A stretch of 47,013 nt of DNA from Candidatus Sumerlaeia bacterium. Its GTDB lineage: Bacteria; Sumerlaeota; Sumerlaeia; SLMS01; JAHLLQ01. Positions 37,224 to 45,840 of this stretch are shown here, piece by piece. The first letter of the stretch is position 1, and each line of letters starts with the position of its first letter. The position numbers were made by a program, and so were the translations under genes. The stretch spans positions 1 through 47,013 of the forward strand of contig JANQSL010000192.1 in assembly GCA_028284075.1 (NCBI GenBank), written 5' to 3'. The notes below the pieces were generated by a model that saw only the letters and a list, made by a program, of their open reading frames with translations, made no database searches and was not told where the DNA came from.

Positions 37224-38683
37224 CAGTAAATCCTTAGATTGTCCACCATGGTACAGCGGCGGAGTCGCGTGAAGGTTCGTGCTCTTGTAACGCCTTCGCC
37301 GGTTGGAGTGGCGATAGTGAAGCCGGAGTAACCCTCACCGCCGGCCGCGAGCCCCGCCACACAGGGGCCGTTCTTGATGAAGAGTGTCGTGTCCATTGCC
37401 CGGGCCATGGCGGTCATATGGTTCACGTTGTGCGTGTGAATAATCGCTGTGTGTCTGTAACCGTGCTCCGCGCGCCGCGCAGCCTTGATGCCTTCATTCA
37501 CGTCCCGTACCCGGACCACGGGGATAAACGGCATCATCTGTTCTTCGATGACAAAGGGATGATCCTCTGACGTTTCCGCGAAGAGCATGGGGCAGTCATC
37601 CGCCACACTTGTTCCGGCTGTTCTGGCCAGAACCGACGCGTCGGATCCAACATAATCCTTGTTTACATGAGCCCGCCCGCAGCCACCTCCCTTTCCCGTT
37701 TCAAAGGTAAAGGCTTCTTCAGTGAGTCTGTCGAGTTGGGAAGAACTCAAGTCAGCTGCGCCATGCTTCTTCATCGCCGACATGAAGCGCTCGAACATTG
37801 AGTCGACGACAAAAACTTCTTTTTCCCCGATGCACAGAAGGTTGTTGTCGTAACCACCGCCTGTAATCACGGAGTTCGCGGCCCGGTCAGGACAGCAATC
37901 CTCCGCAACCAGAACGGGAGGATTGCCAGGACCGGCGCAAATGGCGCGCTTCCCGGTCTTCATGGCGGCCTTCACGACACCAGGACCGCCGGTTACAACA
38001 ACGAGCCGGGTATGCTCATTTGTGCAAATACCATCAAAGGACTCAAGTGTGGGGTGTTCGATGATACAGATGATGTTTTCAACGCCGGTTTCCCGGGAGA
38101 TTGCCTCATTATAAGTTCGAGCGGCTTCCACAGCACACTTTACCGCGCCCGGGTGCGCATTGAACACGACCGCGTTTCCCGCTGCCACCATGTTGATGGC
38201 GTTTGCCGTGAGCGTTGGAATGGAGTGGGTTGCGGGAGTCACTGCGGCAATTACACCGAAAGGGCAGCGTTCCTCCAGTGTGATACCGTGATCGCCGCTG
38301 AACCCCTCCGGTTGCAGATCTTCAACGCCAGGTATTCCCGGCATCATCAGGAGCTTCTCGATCTTGTGATCAATGCGGCCGATCTTGGTTTCATCCAGTT
38401 CCAGCTTCCCCCATTCCTTCGCTTTTTCCACCGGAATGCGCTTAAGTATCTCGACGATCTTTCGCCGGGTTTCCATTCCCTTCTCCTGAAGCTGGAGGAA
38501 GGCGTCATGAGCTGCCTTGCAGGCTTCGGCGGGATCCTGAAACACACCGTGACGATTATCGGAACGTCGAGTCCTGGGAGCAGGGTTCACACCGCCGGCG
38601 GCTTTCCCGTGCCCGAGGCGGCCGAGAACCTCGTCGACCACGTCTCGAATCAGCGTCTCGTTCAATGTGCCTGATTCTGCCAT
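37223..38683 (-). CDS. CoA-acylating aldehyde dehydrogenase (PduP/EutE-like) with an N-terminal encapsulation peptide
   Basis: ALDH-fold blocks (GVIAAVTPATHSIPT, VVVTGGPGVVKAAM); N-terminal amphipathic helix LIRDVVDEVLGRL followed by a linker. Confidence 0.85.
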   Translation of the reverse strand: MAESGTLNETLIRDVVDEVLGRLGHGKAAGGVNPAPRTRRSDNRHGVFQDPAEACKAAHDAFLQLQEKGMETRRKIVEILKRIPVEKAKEWGKLELDETKIGRIDHKIEKLLMMPGIPGVEDLQPEGFSGDHGITLEERCPFGVIAAVTPATHSIPTLTANAINMVAAGNAVVFNAHPGAVKCAVEAARTYNEAISRETGVENIICIIEHPTLESFDGICTNEHTRLVVVTGGPGVVKAAMKTGKRAICAGPGNPPVLVAEDCCPDRAANSVITGGGYDNNLLCIGEKEVFVVDSMFERFMSAMKKHGAADLSSSQLDRLTEEAFTFETGKGGGCGRAHVNKDYVGSDASVLARTAGTSVADDCPMLFAETSEDHPFVIEEQMMPFIPVVRVRDVNEGIKAARRAEHGYRHTAIIHTHNVNHMTAMARAMDTTLFIKNGPCVAGLAAGGEGYSGFTIATPTGEGVTRARTFTRLRRCTMVDNLRIY

Positions 38684-38710
38684 TCGGAATACCTTCTGAC
38701 TTCAGGTGTG

Positions 38711-39028
38711 TCAGTGATCGTTGCGTGAATCGAAAATTCGTTCGCCAAGTACATCCACCGAATCGACGATTCCAATAATGACCGCATCCACCGGTGCGCC
38801 TTTCAGGCCCGGCGCGAGCCGCGCTGAGCTTCCCTGGCTGAAGAGCACGAGTTCACCTTCGCCCGCGCCAAGGGAATCCACGGCAACGATGGTGTTCTGC
38901 CCCTGCTTGAAGACCGACGGGTTCTCCTGGTCCACGAGCATGGGCCGGAGGATCAGCAGCTTCCGTCCGGAAATGCCATCGTCCTTTTTTGTGGCGACCA
39001 CCTGGCCTTCCACGCGGGCGAGAAACAT
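38711..39028 (-). CDS. BMC vertex (pentamer) protein, EutN/CcmL/PduN family, copy 1
   Basis: MFLARVEGQVVATKKDDGISGRKLLILRP...DSLGAGEGELVLFSQGSSAR; ATG at 39026-39028. Confidence 0.75.
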   Translation of the reverse strand: MFLARVEGQVVATKKDDGISGRKLLILRPMLVDQENPSVFKQGQNTIVAVDSLGAGEGELVLFSQGSSARLAPGLKGAPVDAVIIGIVDSVDVLGERIFDSRNDH

Positions 39029-39029
39029 C

Positions 39030-39332
39030 TTATTTGCTCCGCCCCGCGGGCTTCGCCGGCAGAATCCTGGACACGTCGTCATGCGGACGAGGAATCACGT
39101 GAACGCTGACAAGTTCTCCACCCATGACCTTCACGGCCTGCGCTCCGGCATCCACGGCCGCTTTTGCCGCGGCAACGTCGCCGAGAACGGAGACGCTGAC
39201 GAGTGCGCCACCGACCTGCTTCATGGGGCCCGCCAGAGTCACGTTTGCCGCCTTGAGCATTGCATCCGTGGCCTCCACCAGCGCCACGAGGCCGCGTGTT
39301 TCAATCAAACCAATTGCCTGTTGAGCTGCCAT
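39030..39332 (-). CDS. BMC-H shell protein (Pfam00936 single BMC domain, PduA/EutM-like)
   Basis: AIGLIETRGLVALVEATDAMLKAANVTLAG...GGALVSVSVLGDVAAAKAAVDAG. Confidence 0.85.
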   Translation of the reverse strand: MAAQQAIGLIETRGLVALVEATDAMLKAANVTLAGPMKQVGGALVSVSVLGDVAAAKAAVDAGAQAVKVMGGELVSVHVIPRPHDDVSRILPAKPAGRSK

Positions 39333-39371
39333 TTTCCGTTTCTCCTTGAATACTCGTGTCGTGGTCCGTTC

Positions 39372-39662
39372 TCAGCCCTTCAGGAACGAGCCCATTCCTT
39401 CCAGTTCATCATGCGGTCGTGGAATAACACGAACCCCGACCACCTGGCCAATGCGTGCACCGGCTTCGGCGCCGGCATCCGTCGCTGCTTTGACTGCTGC
39501 AACGTCGCCCGAAAAAAACGCGGTGACGAAACCGCTGCCGATCTTTTCCCAGCCCGTCATGGTGACATCCGCCGCTTTCAATGCGGCATCGGAGGCCTCC
39601 AGCAGGGAGCAAAGACCCTTCATCTCAATCATGCCGAGAGCTTCTCTCTTTGCAGGTGCCAT
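39372..39662 (-). CDS. BMC-H shell protein (single BMC domain)
   Basis: ALGMIEMKGLCSLLEASDAALKAADVTMTG...VTAFFSGDVAAVKAATDAG. Confidence 0.85.
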   Translation of the reverse strand: MAPAKREALGMIEMKGLCSLLEASDAALKAADVTMTGWEKIGSGFVTAFFSGDVAAVKAATDAGAEAGARIGQVVGVRVIPRPHDELEGMGSFLKG

Positions 39663-39719
39663 GATTCCTTATCCTTCGTATGGTTGACTCAAACGCGGTC
39701 GTGGGTTGGAGGTTGATTT

Positions 39720-40397
39720 TCAGCCCTTAACGAGTTCCACCGGGGTGTCCGGTTTCAAATCGCAGGCGTTGCCTTCGTCCGTATCGATATGCACCTCGAG
39801 GCGGAACGAGGGATCGACGCGTACCATCAGTTTCTCAAGGTTGACGGCGCACGGCCCGCCAATCCTGAGAGTCATTTCGTCGAGGTGCCGAACTCCGTAA
39901 AAGTCCGCATCTTCCGGTGCCATGTGCACGTGACGCACTGCCCGGATGACGCCTTCCGTCATCTCGAAAAAGCCATGAGGTCCTTGGAGCATGCAGCCGG
40001 GCGTGCCATCGACATCTCCTGACATGCGCGCTGGAATCTTGAATCCCAGCATGACGGCATCGGAAAATGACAATTCGATCTGGTTCAATTTCCGGCATGG
40101 GCCAAGGATGCGCAGATTCGAGATGACACGATTGCGGGGGCCGATCAGTGCAACCGTTTCCTCCGCCGCAAACTGTCCTTCCTGATACAGCCATTTCATT
40201 GGCGTCAGCCGATGCCCGGGTCCGAACAGTCGCTCGACCGCTTCCTGCGTCAGATGGCAGTGGCGGGCACTGATGTTGACCACGAGCGGGCTGGGTGCCC
40301 TCGCGACTTCAGGTGTCGGCCGACCAAGACGCTCGTAAACGACCTGGCGTACAAGGTGTTCGACTTCGACTCGATGCATGGACTTTGAAACCATCAT
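39720..40397 (-). CDS. pduL: PduL-type phosphotransacylase with an N-terminal encapsulation peptide
   Basis: Two PduL repeats with His motifs (VNISARHCHLT; VRHVHMAPEDA); N-terminal VEVEHLVRQVVYERLG helix. Confidence 0.8.
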   Translation of the reverse strand: MMVSKSMHRVEVEHLVRQVVYERLGRPTPEVARAPSPLVVNISARHCHLTQEAVERLFGPGHRLTPMKWLYQEGQFAAEETVALIGPRNRVISNLRILGPCRKLNQIELSFSDAVMLGFKIPARMSGDVDGTPGCMLQGPHGFFEMTEGVIRAVRHVHMAPEDADFYGVRHLDEMTLRIGGPCAVNLEKLMVRVDPSFRLEVHIDTDEGNACDLKPDTPVELVKG

Positions 40398-40426
40398 GGC
40401 ACAGTGGTGCTCGACGTTGTCGGCTG

Positions 40427-40699
40427 CTACTTCATGAACTGAGTGATCAGTTCCGTATGAGGGCGGGGGATCATATGCGATCCGACCAGCTCACCAACGC
40501 GAGCTGCCGCATCCGCTCCGGCATCAACCGCCGCCTTCACGCTGCCGACGTCACCTTGCACCAGGACCGTAATAAATCCGCCGCCAATCGGTACCGTCTT
40601 TACCAGTTCAACGTTCGCGGCTTTGACCATCGCATCGCTGGCCTCAACGCTGCCGACGAAGCCTTTCGTCTCCACCATTCCGAGTGCTGCACTGCTCAT
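40427..40699 (-). CDS. BMC-H shell protein (single BMC domain); first gene of the BMC operon
   Basis: [29 protein letters not shown]...[21 protein letters not shown]; ATG 40697-40699 is preceded by GGAGG. The upstream in-frame extension to 40828 is non-homologous. Confidence 0.85.
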   Translation of the reverse strand: MSSAALGMVETKGFVGSVEASDAMVKAANVELVKTVPIGGGFITVLVQGDVGSVKAAVDAGADAAARVGELVGSHMIPRPHTELITQFMK

Positions 40700-40930
40700 C
40701 CGGGAAACCTCCGTGATGACATTCCCGCCCCACTGCGGAGCGAGGCGCCGGACCGAAACAACTGAGTGGTCCGAAAGGACTGAGGAGCCACAGACCCTTG
40801 AAATCAAGCATATTGTGGATATAAACACACAAAAACACAGATTGTTCGCAGAAAATCAAAGTGAAAGAATCGCCGTTTTACGATCCTTTGTAACCATTAA
40901 GTCATTTGAAATCAATGTGATGAGTTGGCT
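40700..40930 (-). promoter_or_regulatory. AT-rich 230-bp intergenic region upstream of the BMC operon (putative promoter/operator region)
   Basis: Marked local drop in GC (e.g. catattgtggatataaacacacaaaaacacagattg...aaatcaatgtgatgag) between the P-loop NTPase stop and the first BMC-H gene; contains TGTG/CACA-rich repeats. Confidence 0.3.
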
Positions 40931-41596
40931 TTATGAGTGAGAAACGGCTGCCGTCCGTTCACAGGCGTCATACAGGCGGAGGATGGCTTCGCGGCCGTTT
41001 CCTTCACAAGAGGCCAGAAGGTCTGGCGTACTGTATCCCGGCAAATCTCTGATCACGCCTTGTTGCGGCACCGGGAGTTGAGCGAGTCGCTCCTCCACAA
41101 TCTGAGCGAATGCGGTTGGGCAGATGGACACGTCAATATGAGCACCGTGGTTTAGAGTGGCATGCGTCGTGAAAACAAGTCCTCTCTCCAGAATCCGTGC
41201 AGTAAACCGCAGAACGGATAGTTGTCGGCGAGGGAGGACCTCCGCTCCGTCCAGCAGGAGAACGTCGCATCGTACGAGAGTGGCAAGCCAGTCGGAGGGG
41301 AGTGTTGAATTTTCTTCATGACAGAAAATCCGCCCTGTTGACAGGCCTTCAAGACAAAGGTGCTTGCCGATTGTGGCAAGAAGCGTCGATTTCCCCGCAC
41401 CGTGTGGGCCACACAGCTCGCCGCTCCATCCATGGTCCTCGAGCTGATTCAGGACGTATTCCCTCCCGAGGTTGGCGGAGAAGACATAGTCGCAGTATCC
41501 GGGACTCAGGTCGCGCACGTTGAACGGGTTGCGTGACAGTCCGCCACGGATTCTTGACCTGCGGCTGTCTTCCAACTCCGCAACGTGGATTGTCAT
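40931..41596 (-). CDS. P-loop NTPase, Hda/DnaA-like AAA+ architecture (Walker A GPHGAGKST, Walker B DVLLLDGAE)
   Basis: ATG 41594-41596 overlaps the stop of the upstream ORF (ATGA). Motif order (box-like NPFNVRD... Walker A ... hhhhD) resembles Hda; no search done. Confidence 0.55.
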   Translation of the reverse strand: MTIHVAELEDSRRSRIRGGLSRNPFNVRDLSPGYCDYVFSANLGREYVLNQLEDHGWSGELCGPHGAGKSTLLATIGKHLCLEGLSTGRIFCHEENSTLPSDWLATLVRCDVLLLDGAEVLPRRQLSVLRFTARILERGLVFTTHATLNHGAHIDVSICPTAFAQIVEERLAQLPVPQQGVIRDLPGYSTPDLLASCEGNGREAILRLYDACERTAAVSHS

Positions 41597-42012
41597 GGTG
41601 GAGGCGGCTCCTGTGGCAGCGATGCGTTGCGATGAGAGGGGCGGATGGTGATTTCCTTTTCCGCCACGGCTTCCTTTTCTCCCTTCGCTTTGACGTACAC
41701 GCCAACCTGCCACTTGATCTTCAACTTCACGCCCTGATAAGTCCATGGCATCATGGGAAGAGAAAACGCAAACCGCCTTTCAAAACGGGGCGAAACGTCT
41801 TCATCCTTTTCCAGAAGCTTCTCGACTCGCGCTGCCTCGCGGTTTTCATCACCCCGTCCCTCCGTATGCCAGACAAGAGCGGCATCAGCGTACTCACACT
41901 CCCACGATGCCGGGGCGGAGATTGTGACACGGCCGCTGAGACGGTCTCCGGGAGAGAAGTCAGGACATGATTCGTCCAGTTCGATTTGAATATCAAAACC
42001 CGCGTTCTTCAT
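41593..42012 (-). CDS. Hypothetical 139-aa protein with an arrestin-N/beta-sandwich-like motif pattern (RFERRFAFSLP...P)
   Basis: Translationally coupled on both sides (ATGA overlaps); no signal peptide; Pro-rich C-terminus. Confidence 0.45.
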   Translation of the reverse strand: MKNAGFDIQIELDESCPDFSPGDRLSGRVTISAPASWECEYADAALVWHTEGRGDENREAARVEKLLEKDEDVSPRFERRFAFSLPMMPWTYQGVKLKIKWQVGVYVKAKGEKEAVAEKEITIRPSHRNASLPQEPPPP

Positions 42013-42962
42013 CGTTGAGACTCCGGAATAACCCGGAATTCGAAGAATTCCTTCACATCCGGACGTCCGGGTATGTCCATGGTGACTTCAATGCCCCAGC
42101 CAAGCTGATTGTTCGAGGCTTTGAAGGAATGCATGGCGTCGTCGGGAACGGACGTCTCGCAAGACACGAGCGGCGTTGAGCCTGTCGTTCGAAGGTTCCC
42201 GCCCTGATGCAGAACCTCACTCAGAACATCTTCCATCGATGTGTGCGTGTTCGTTCCGACACGCCAGCGAACAGTCTCGCGGCAAATGAGCTTCATGGTG
42301 AGGCTTGTGATCTCGAAATCTCCCTTCTGGCGCAGCGTCAGGCGAATACGATCTCCGGGTCGAACCGGCATGCGGTCAATTTCCAGACTCGTGCCGCCGA
42401 CAAGAAGACATCGAAGCAGCGCATGCCCCGCAAGTCCGATCACAAACAACCCGATGAGGCAGAAGAACCCGATGAAGATGATGGGAAAATACTTGAAACC
42501 ACTGGATCCGAAATCATTCCAGACATGATAGAGTGCGAACCACGAGATGCCGTTCCAGAAAGCCGCGAAGAACGTCAGACCGAGGAATCGGGCGAAGGGC
42601 GAGGCTTCCGTTCCGAGCAGAAATCCGCCTCTCGACCCCCTCTTTGCCCGCGCTTTCGGAAAGAACTTGCTGGTTTTCCAGTTGTCGTCGAACCCGGAAT
42701 CTTTTGGACGCTTTCGCCCCACATACTTGTGACCGAACAAACCGCCCCAGATGATTGCAAGGCCGACTACCAGAAAGATCGCACCCATGATGATAAACAC
42801 AGCCGGGTGCCCGTCCATTTCGACCGTGTTTCGGCCGAAAAGAAGAAGTGTTCCCTGAAAGAGAACAAATCCTCCCATTCCCGCGAACGGAAGCCCGAAA
42901 AAAAACAACAGACAGCCGCCAATAAACCGGCCGGCAGGTCCCGCCTCTTTCTTTTTGGTCAT
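42009..42962 (-). CDS. Membrane protein (about 4 TM helices) with a roughly 130-aa C-terminal soluble beta-rich domain
   Basis: Hydrophobic segments CLLFFFGLPFAGMGGFVLF, FIIMGAIFLVVGLAIIWGGLF, FLGLTFFAAFW, IIFIGFFCLIGLFVIGLAG; first gene of a coupled 3-gene operon. Confidence 0.5.
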   Translation of the reverse strand: MTKKKEAGPAGRFIGGCLLFFFGLPFAGMGGFVLFQGTLLLFGRNTVEMDGHPAVFIIMGAIFLVVGLAIIWGGLFGHKYVGRKRPKDSGFDDNWKTSKFFPKARAKRGSRGGFLLGTEASPFARFLGLTFFAAFWNGISWFALYHVWNDFGSSGFKYFPIIFIGFFCLIGLFVIGLAGHALLRCLLVGGTSLEIDRMPVRPGDRIRLTLRQKGDFEITSLTMKLICRETVRWRVGTNTHTSMEDVLSEVLHQGGNLRTTGSTPLVSCETSVPDDAMHSFKASNNQLGWGIEVTMDIPGRPDVKEFFEFRVIPESQR

Positions 42963-43183
42963 TCACCTGGTCCCGTTGCACGATTTCATTAAAGCCAATG
43001 AACGACGGCCTACACAGTCAACCCCGTTGAGTTCACAAAAGGTACGTCCGGCACCCTCATGTTATTCAGGCAACGAAACGGAATGGCATCCTCCTCAACT
43101 GTCCGTTCGGTCAGTTGGCGGGTGGGGTCAGCCGCCCGACAATGTATCTCGCTCGATACAATACAAAGGAAGATACAACTCAA

Positions 43184-45148
43184 ATGTATGAACACTCATC
43201 AAGTCGCCTGGCTCGCCGGGTGGTCATGACTGGCTGTGGCCTGCTGGCCATTCCGGTCCTGACAATCGCACAACCGACAACCGTGTCATATCAGGGGTAT
43301 TTGGAGGAGGGAGGGGCACCTGCCGAAGGAGTCCACGATTTCGAGTTTCGGCTGTTTGACGCCGACAACGCCGGAGGACAGGTGGGAGATCCTTTCGTTG
43401 CCGATGACCTTCAGGTGAGCGACGGGCTTTTCTCCACGTCTCTCGATTTCGGCCCCGGCGCGTTCGAAGAATCGCCACGGTTTCTTGAGATAGGAGTTCG
43501 GGCCGGAGACAGTGTTGGAGCCTTTTCTGTTCTTAACGGCCGCGTTGAGTTTCAAAGCGTTCCCTTCAGCCAGACCGCAAACTACGCAACAGCTGCCGGT
43601 AAAGCGGCCACTGCTCAGACCGCAGCCGTTGCGGAAGACTCCGACGCCCTGCAGGGGATGGTTCCCGCGGATTTTGCCGCGGCGGACCACAGACACTCAC
43701 AGCTGGCAACACCGGACGGCACAAACGAGGACGCCGTAAGTGTCGACAACGCTTCCAACATCCTGTTGGAGGGAGATATCGTTCTGGGAGACGGAGATCG
43801 CTTGTCCAGTGTCCCCGGCGGTATATTGAGGTTTGAGTCGGACGGGCTTGAAGAGAGCATCGAGTTGCAGGTTAACCCCATGGGATCATTTATTCAGGGG
43901 GGAGGAGACGGCAGCACCCCTTTCGGCATCTTCTCAAGGGAGGGGACCGAAGACGAACCGGATGGAACGGCATTGTTTCTCCTCTCAGGGAACGGCAGCG
44001 ACGACGATGGTGGTGGCAAAGGAGGGGAAATTTTAATTCAGGCCGGTGACGGGCAGGGCGAGGATCCAAGAAGGGGTGGTGACATTCGATTGATACCCGG
44101 TTTTGGCAGTGCCGGGGGGGACAGGGGCGTTGTGAGCCTGGACGGTCCGGTCGACATGGAGAATTGGGTTTTTCTCCATAGTCGCCTGCACGATAGTGAA
44201 GGAAATGAGGGGGCGACAGGTCAGTTGCTCTCCAGTACCGGTTCGGGTACGCAATGGATAACCCCACAAATCAAACAGCTTGCCAACTCCGACGGCTCGA
44301 ACCCTGATTTTGTCAGCACATCATTCAATGCAATGACAGTGGATGGGCAACTCATAGCCAAGAGTCATTTGTTTCTTCAGGATGGGATGGCGCTTCGCAA
44401 CACTTCGCCCGTGAATCTCTACATTGATACGCCTGAAAACGATGCGCAGTTTCGGTTGTTGTTGAATGACGACGTTTATTTACTGGCAGATGTTGTTCCC
44501 GGGAATTTCTTTGAGATCCGGCCGGAGCTGGTGCCCGCTTCGAACAATGGTATAACTCTTCGTTTGAAGGGGGGGGCAGCCGCCGCGGGAGGAACGGGAG
44601 CCAACGGAGGAAATGTTCAGATTTTCGGAGGCGACGCAAAAACGCCGGGAGATCATCATGGCGGCGACATTAGTCTCTTTCCGGGAGACGGCGTTGGAAC
44701 CGGAACGGACGGAATCGTTTACATCGCGAGCAACCTGGGTGTTTTCGATTCAAACCCCCTGCACCCGATCGAAGTTGGAACCAACGGCACAAATGGTAAC
44801 GGTGCTCATGTTACCGTGGGCGGAATCTGGACGAACGGATCTGATCGGAACTCCAAAACCGATGTTGAAGAGGTTGATGGTGCCGAGGTTTTGCGCAAGG
44901 TGGCGGAGCTTCCTGTCACGTCGTGGCGATACAGCTCTGAAGACGAGGACGTTCGTCACATCGGCCCCATGGCCCAGGACTTCATGGAGGCATTCGGTCT
45001 CGGAGAATCGGAGAAGCATATCGGAACCGTGGATATCGATGGTGTTGCTCTCGTCGCGATCCAGGAACTGCACGCCGAACTCCTGAAGCTCCGTAGTCAA
45101 AACGAGGAACTCCGTTCCCGTGTTTCCGCTCTGGAGGAAGGAAGATGA
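43184..45148 (+). CDS. Secreted tail-fibre-domain protein with a C-terminal Peptidase-S74 intramolecular-chaperone auto-processing domain
   Basis: Signal peptide; N-terminal fibre-like block (VSYQGYLEEGGAPAEG...FEFRLFDA...RFLEIGVRAG...SVPFSQTANYA); internal Gly-rich repeats (GGEILIQAGDGQGE...GGDIRLIPG / GGNVQIFGGDAKTPG...GGDISLFPG); C-terminal GSDRNSKTDVEEV...HIGPMAQDF...DGVALVAIQELHAELLKL with an S-x4-K dyad. Confidence 0.7.
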   Translation: MYEHSSSRLARRVVMTGCGLLAIPVLTIAQPTTVSYQGYLEEGGAPAEGVHDFEFRLFDADNAGGQVGDPFVADDLQVSDGLFSTSLDFGPGAFEESPRFLEIGVRAGDSVGAFSVLNGRVEFQSVPFSQTANYATAAGKAATAQTAAVAEDSDALQGMVPADFAAADHRHSQLATPDGTNEDAVSVDNASNILLEGDIVLGDGDRLSSVPGGILRFESDGLEESIELQVNPMGSFIQGGGDGSTPFGIFSREGTEDEPDGTALFLLSGNGSDDDGGGKGGEILIQAGDGQGEDPRRGGDIRLIPGFGSAGGDRGVVSLDGPVDMENWVFLHSRLHDSEGNEGATGQLLSSTGSGTQWITPQIKQLANSDGSNPDFVSTSFNAMTVDGQLIAKSHLFLQDGMALRNTSPVNLYIDTPENDAQFRLLLNDDVYLLADVVPGNFFEIRPELVPASNNGITLRLKGGAAAAGGTGANGGNVQIFGGDAKTPGDHHGGDISLFPGDGVGTGTDGIVYIASNLGVFDSNPLHPIEVGTNGTNGNGAHVTVGGIWTNGSDRNSKTDVEEVDGAEVLRKVAELPVTSWRYSSEDEDVRHIGPMAQDFMEAFGLGESEKHIGTVDIDGVALVAIQELHAELLKLRSQNEELRSRVSALEEGR

Positions 45149-45426
45149 AACGCCGGTTTGCCGCATCCGCGGCCGCACTTTTTCTGTCGTGTGCCATTCC
45201 GGTAACAGCCGGTGCTCCCGGAGGTTCATCCGTTTTGGTGCGCTCAACGATGGAAGCCGGTGGTGGTATTTCCGGAAGTGAAAATCAGAGTCTCTACTCC
45301 AGTCTTTGTCAGCCGGCTGTTGAGCACTCCGCGCCTTCCGGCAATGGTGAGCATGAGTTGAGAAGCGGATTTCTCGCCGGAGTGCCACGCCGGATCGTGG
45401 TAACAGACGTCTGGGCGATTCGCTAG
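45145..45426 (+). CDS. Small secreted hypothetical protein (93 aa) translationally coupled to the tail-fibre-like gene
   Basis: ATGA overlap with the upstream stop; signal peptide AASAAALFLSCAIPVTAGA; no homology recognised. Confidence 0.4.
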   Translation: MKRRFAASAAALFLSCAIPVTAGAPGGSSVLVRSTMEAGGGISGSENQSLYSSLCQPAVEHSAPSGNGEHELRSGFLAGVPRRIVVTDVWAIR

Positions 45427-45465
45427 AGCGGCTTGTTTCGCAAAAAGCGGGAAAAACCCGACCAG

Positions 45466-45510
45466 GCGACTCCCTCCCAATGCGGATGGGAGTCGCTTGG
45501 CGCTTAATCT
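45466..45510 (+). terminator. Perfect 9-bp stem hairpin GCGACTCCC-N13-GGGAGTCGC followed by a T-rich tract; candidate terminator of the tail-fibre operon
   Basis: Seen directly 40 nt after the small ORF stop; the U-tract is interrupted (TTGGCGCTTAATCTCATTT). Confidence 0.35.
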
Positions 45511-45630
45511 CATTTCCGGAGCGGCAGGTTGGCGGCAAAAACACAACTCGGCTCTTGACCGCAGCGCATCATCTCGAATCCTGGATTTGGCAGGCCATTC
45601 CTGCCTCATCGCCGTTCCGTGGAGTCCAGG

Positions 45631-45840
45631 ATGCCATACGTCAACATCCAGATCACCAAAGGTGCAAGTCGCGGGCAGAAGTCAGAGCTTGTGCGCGACG
45701 TGACGGATTCCCTGGTGCGAGTGCTCGAAAAGAAACCGGAGCACATTCACGTCGTGATTCAGGAGATTGACGAAGAGAACTGGGGGTTTTCCGGAAAACT
45801 GACGGACGACTGGAAGAAGATGCAGGGCGAGGGATCATGA
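45631..45840 (+). CDS. 4-oxalocrotonate tautomerase-family protein (Pro1 catalytic)
   Basis: MPYVNIQITKGASRGQKSELVRDVTDSLVRVLEKKPEHIHVVIQEI matches the 4-OT family pattern; ATG 45631 has GGAG upstream. Confidence 0.75.
   Translation: MPYVNIQITKGASRGQKSELVRDVTDSLVRVLEKKPEHIHVVIQEIDEENWGFSGKLTDDWKKMQGEGS

Noticed and set aside
38721-39716. 331-aa + strand ORF spanning the BMC shell genes
   Set aside because: Antisense to three well-conserved BMC-H/BMC-P genes; Arg/Ser/Ala-rich composition typical of GC-rich antisense frames.
42207-42992. 261-aa + strand ORF
   Set aside because: Antisense to the membrane-protein gene of the coupled 3-gene operon; no start context.
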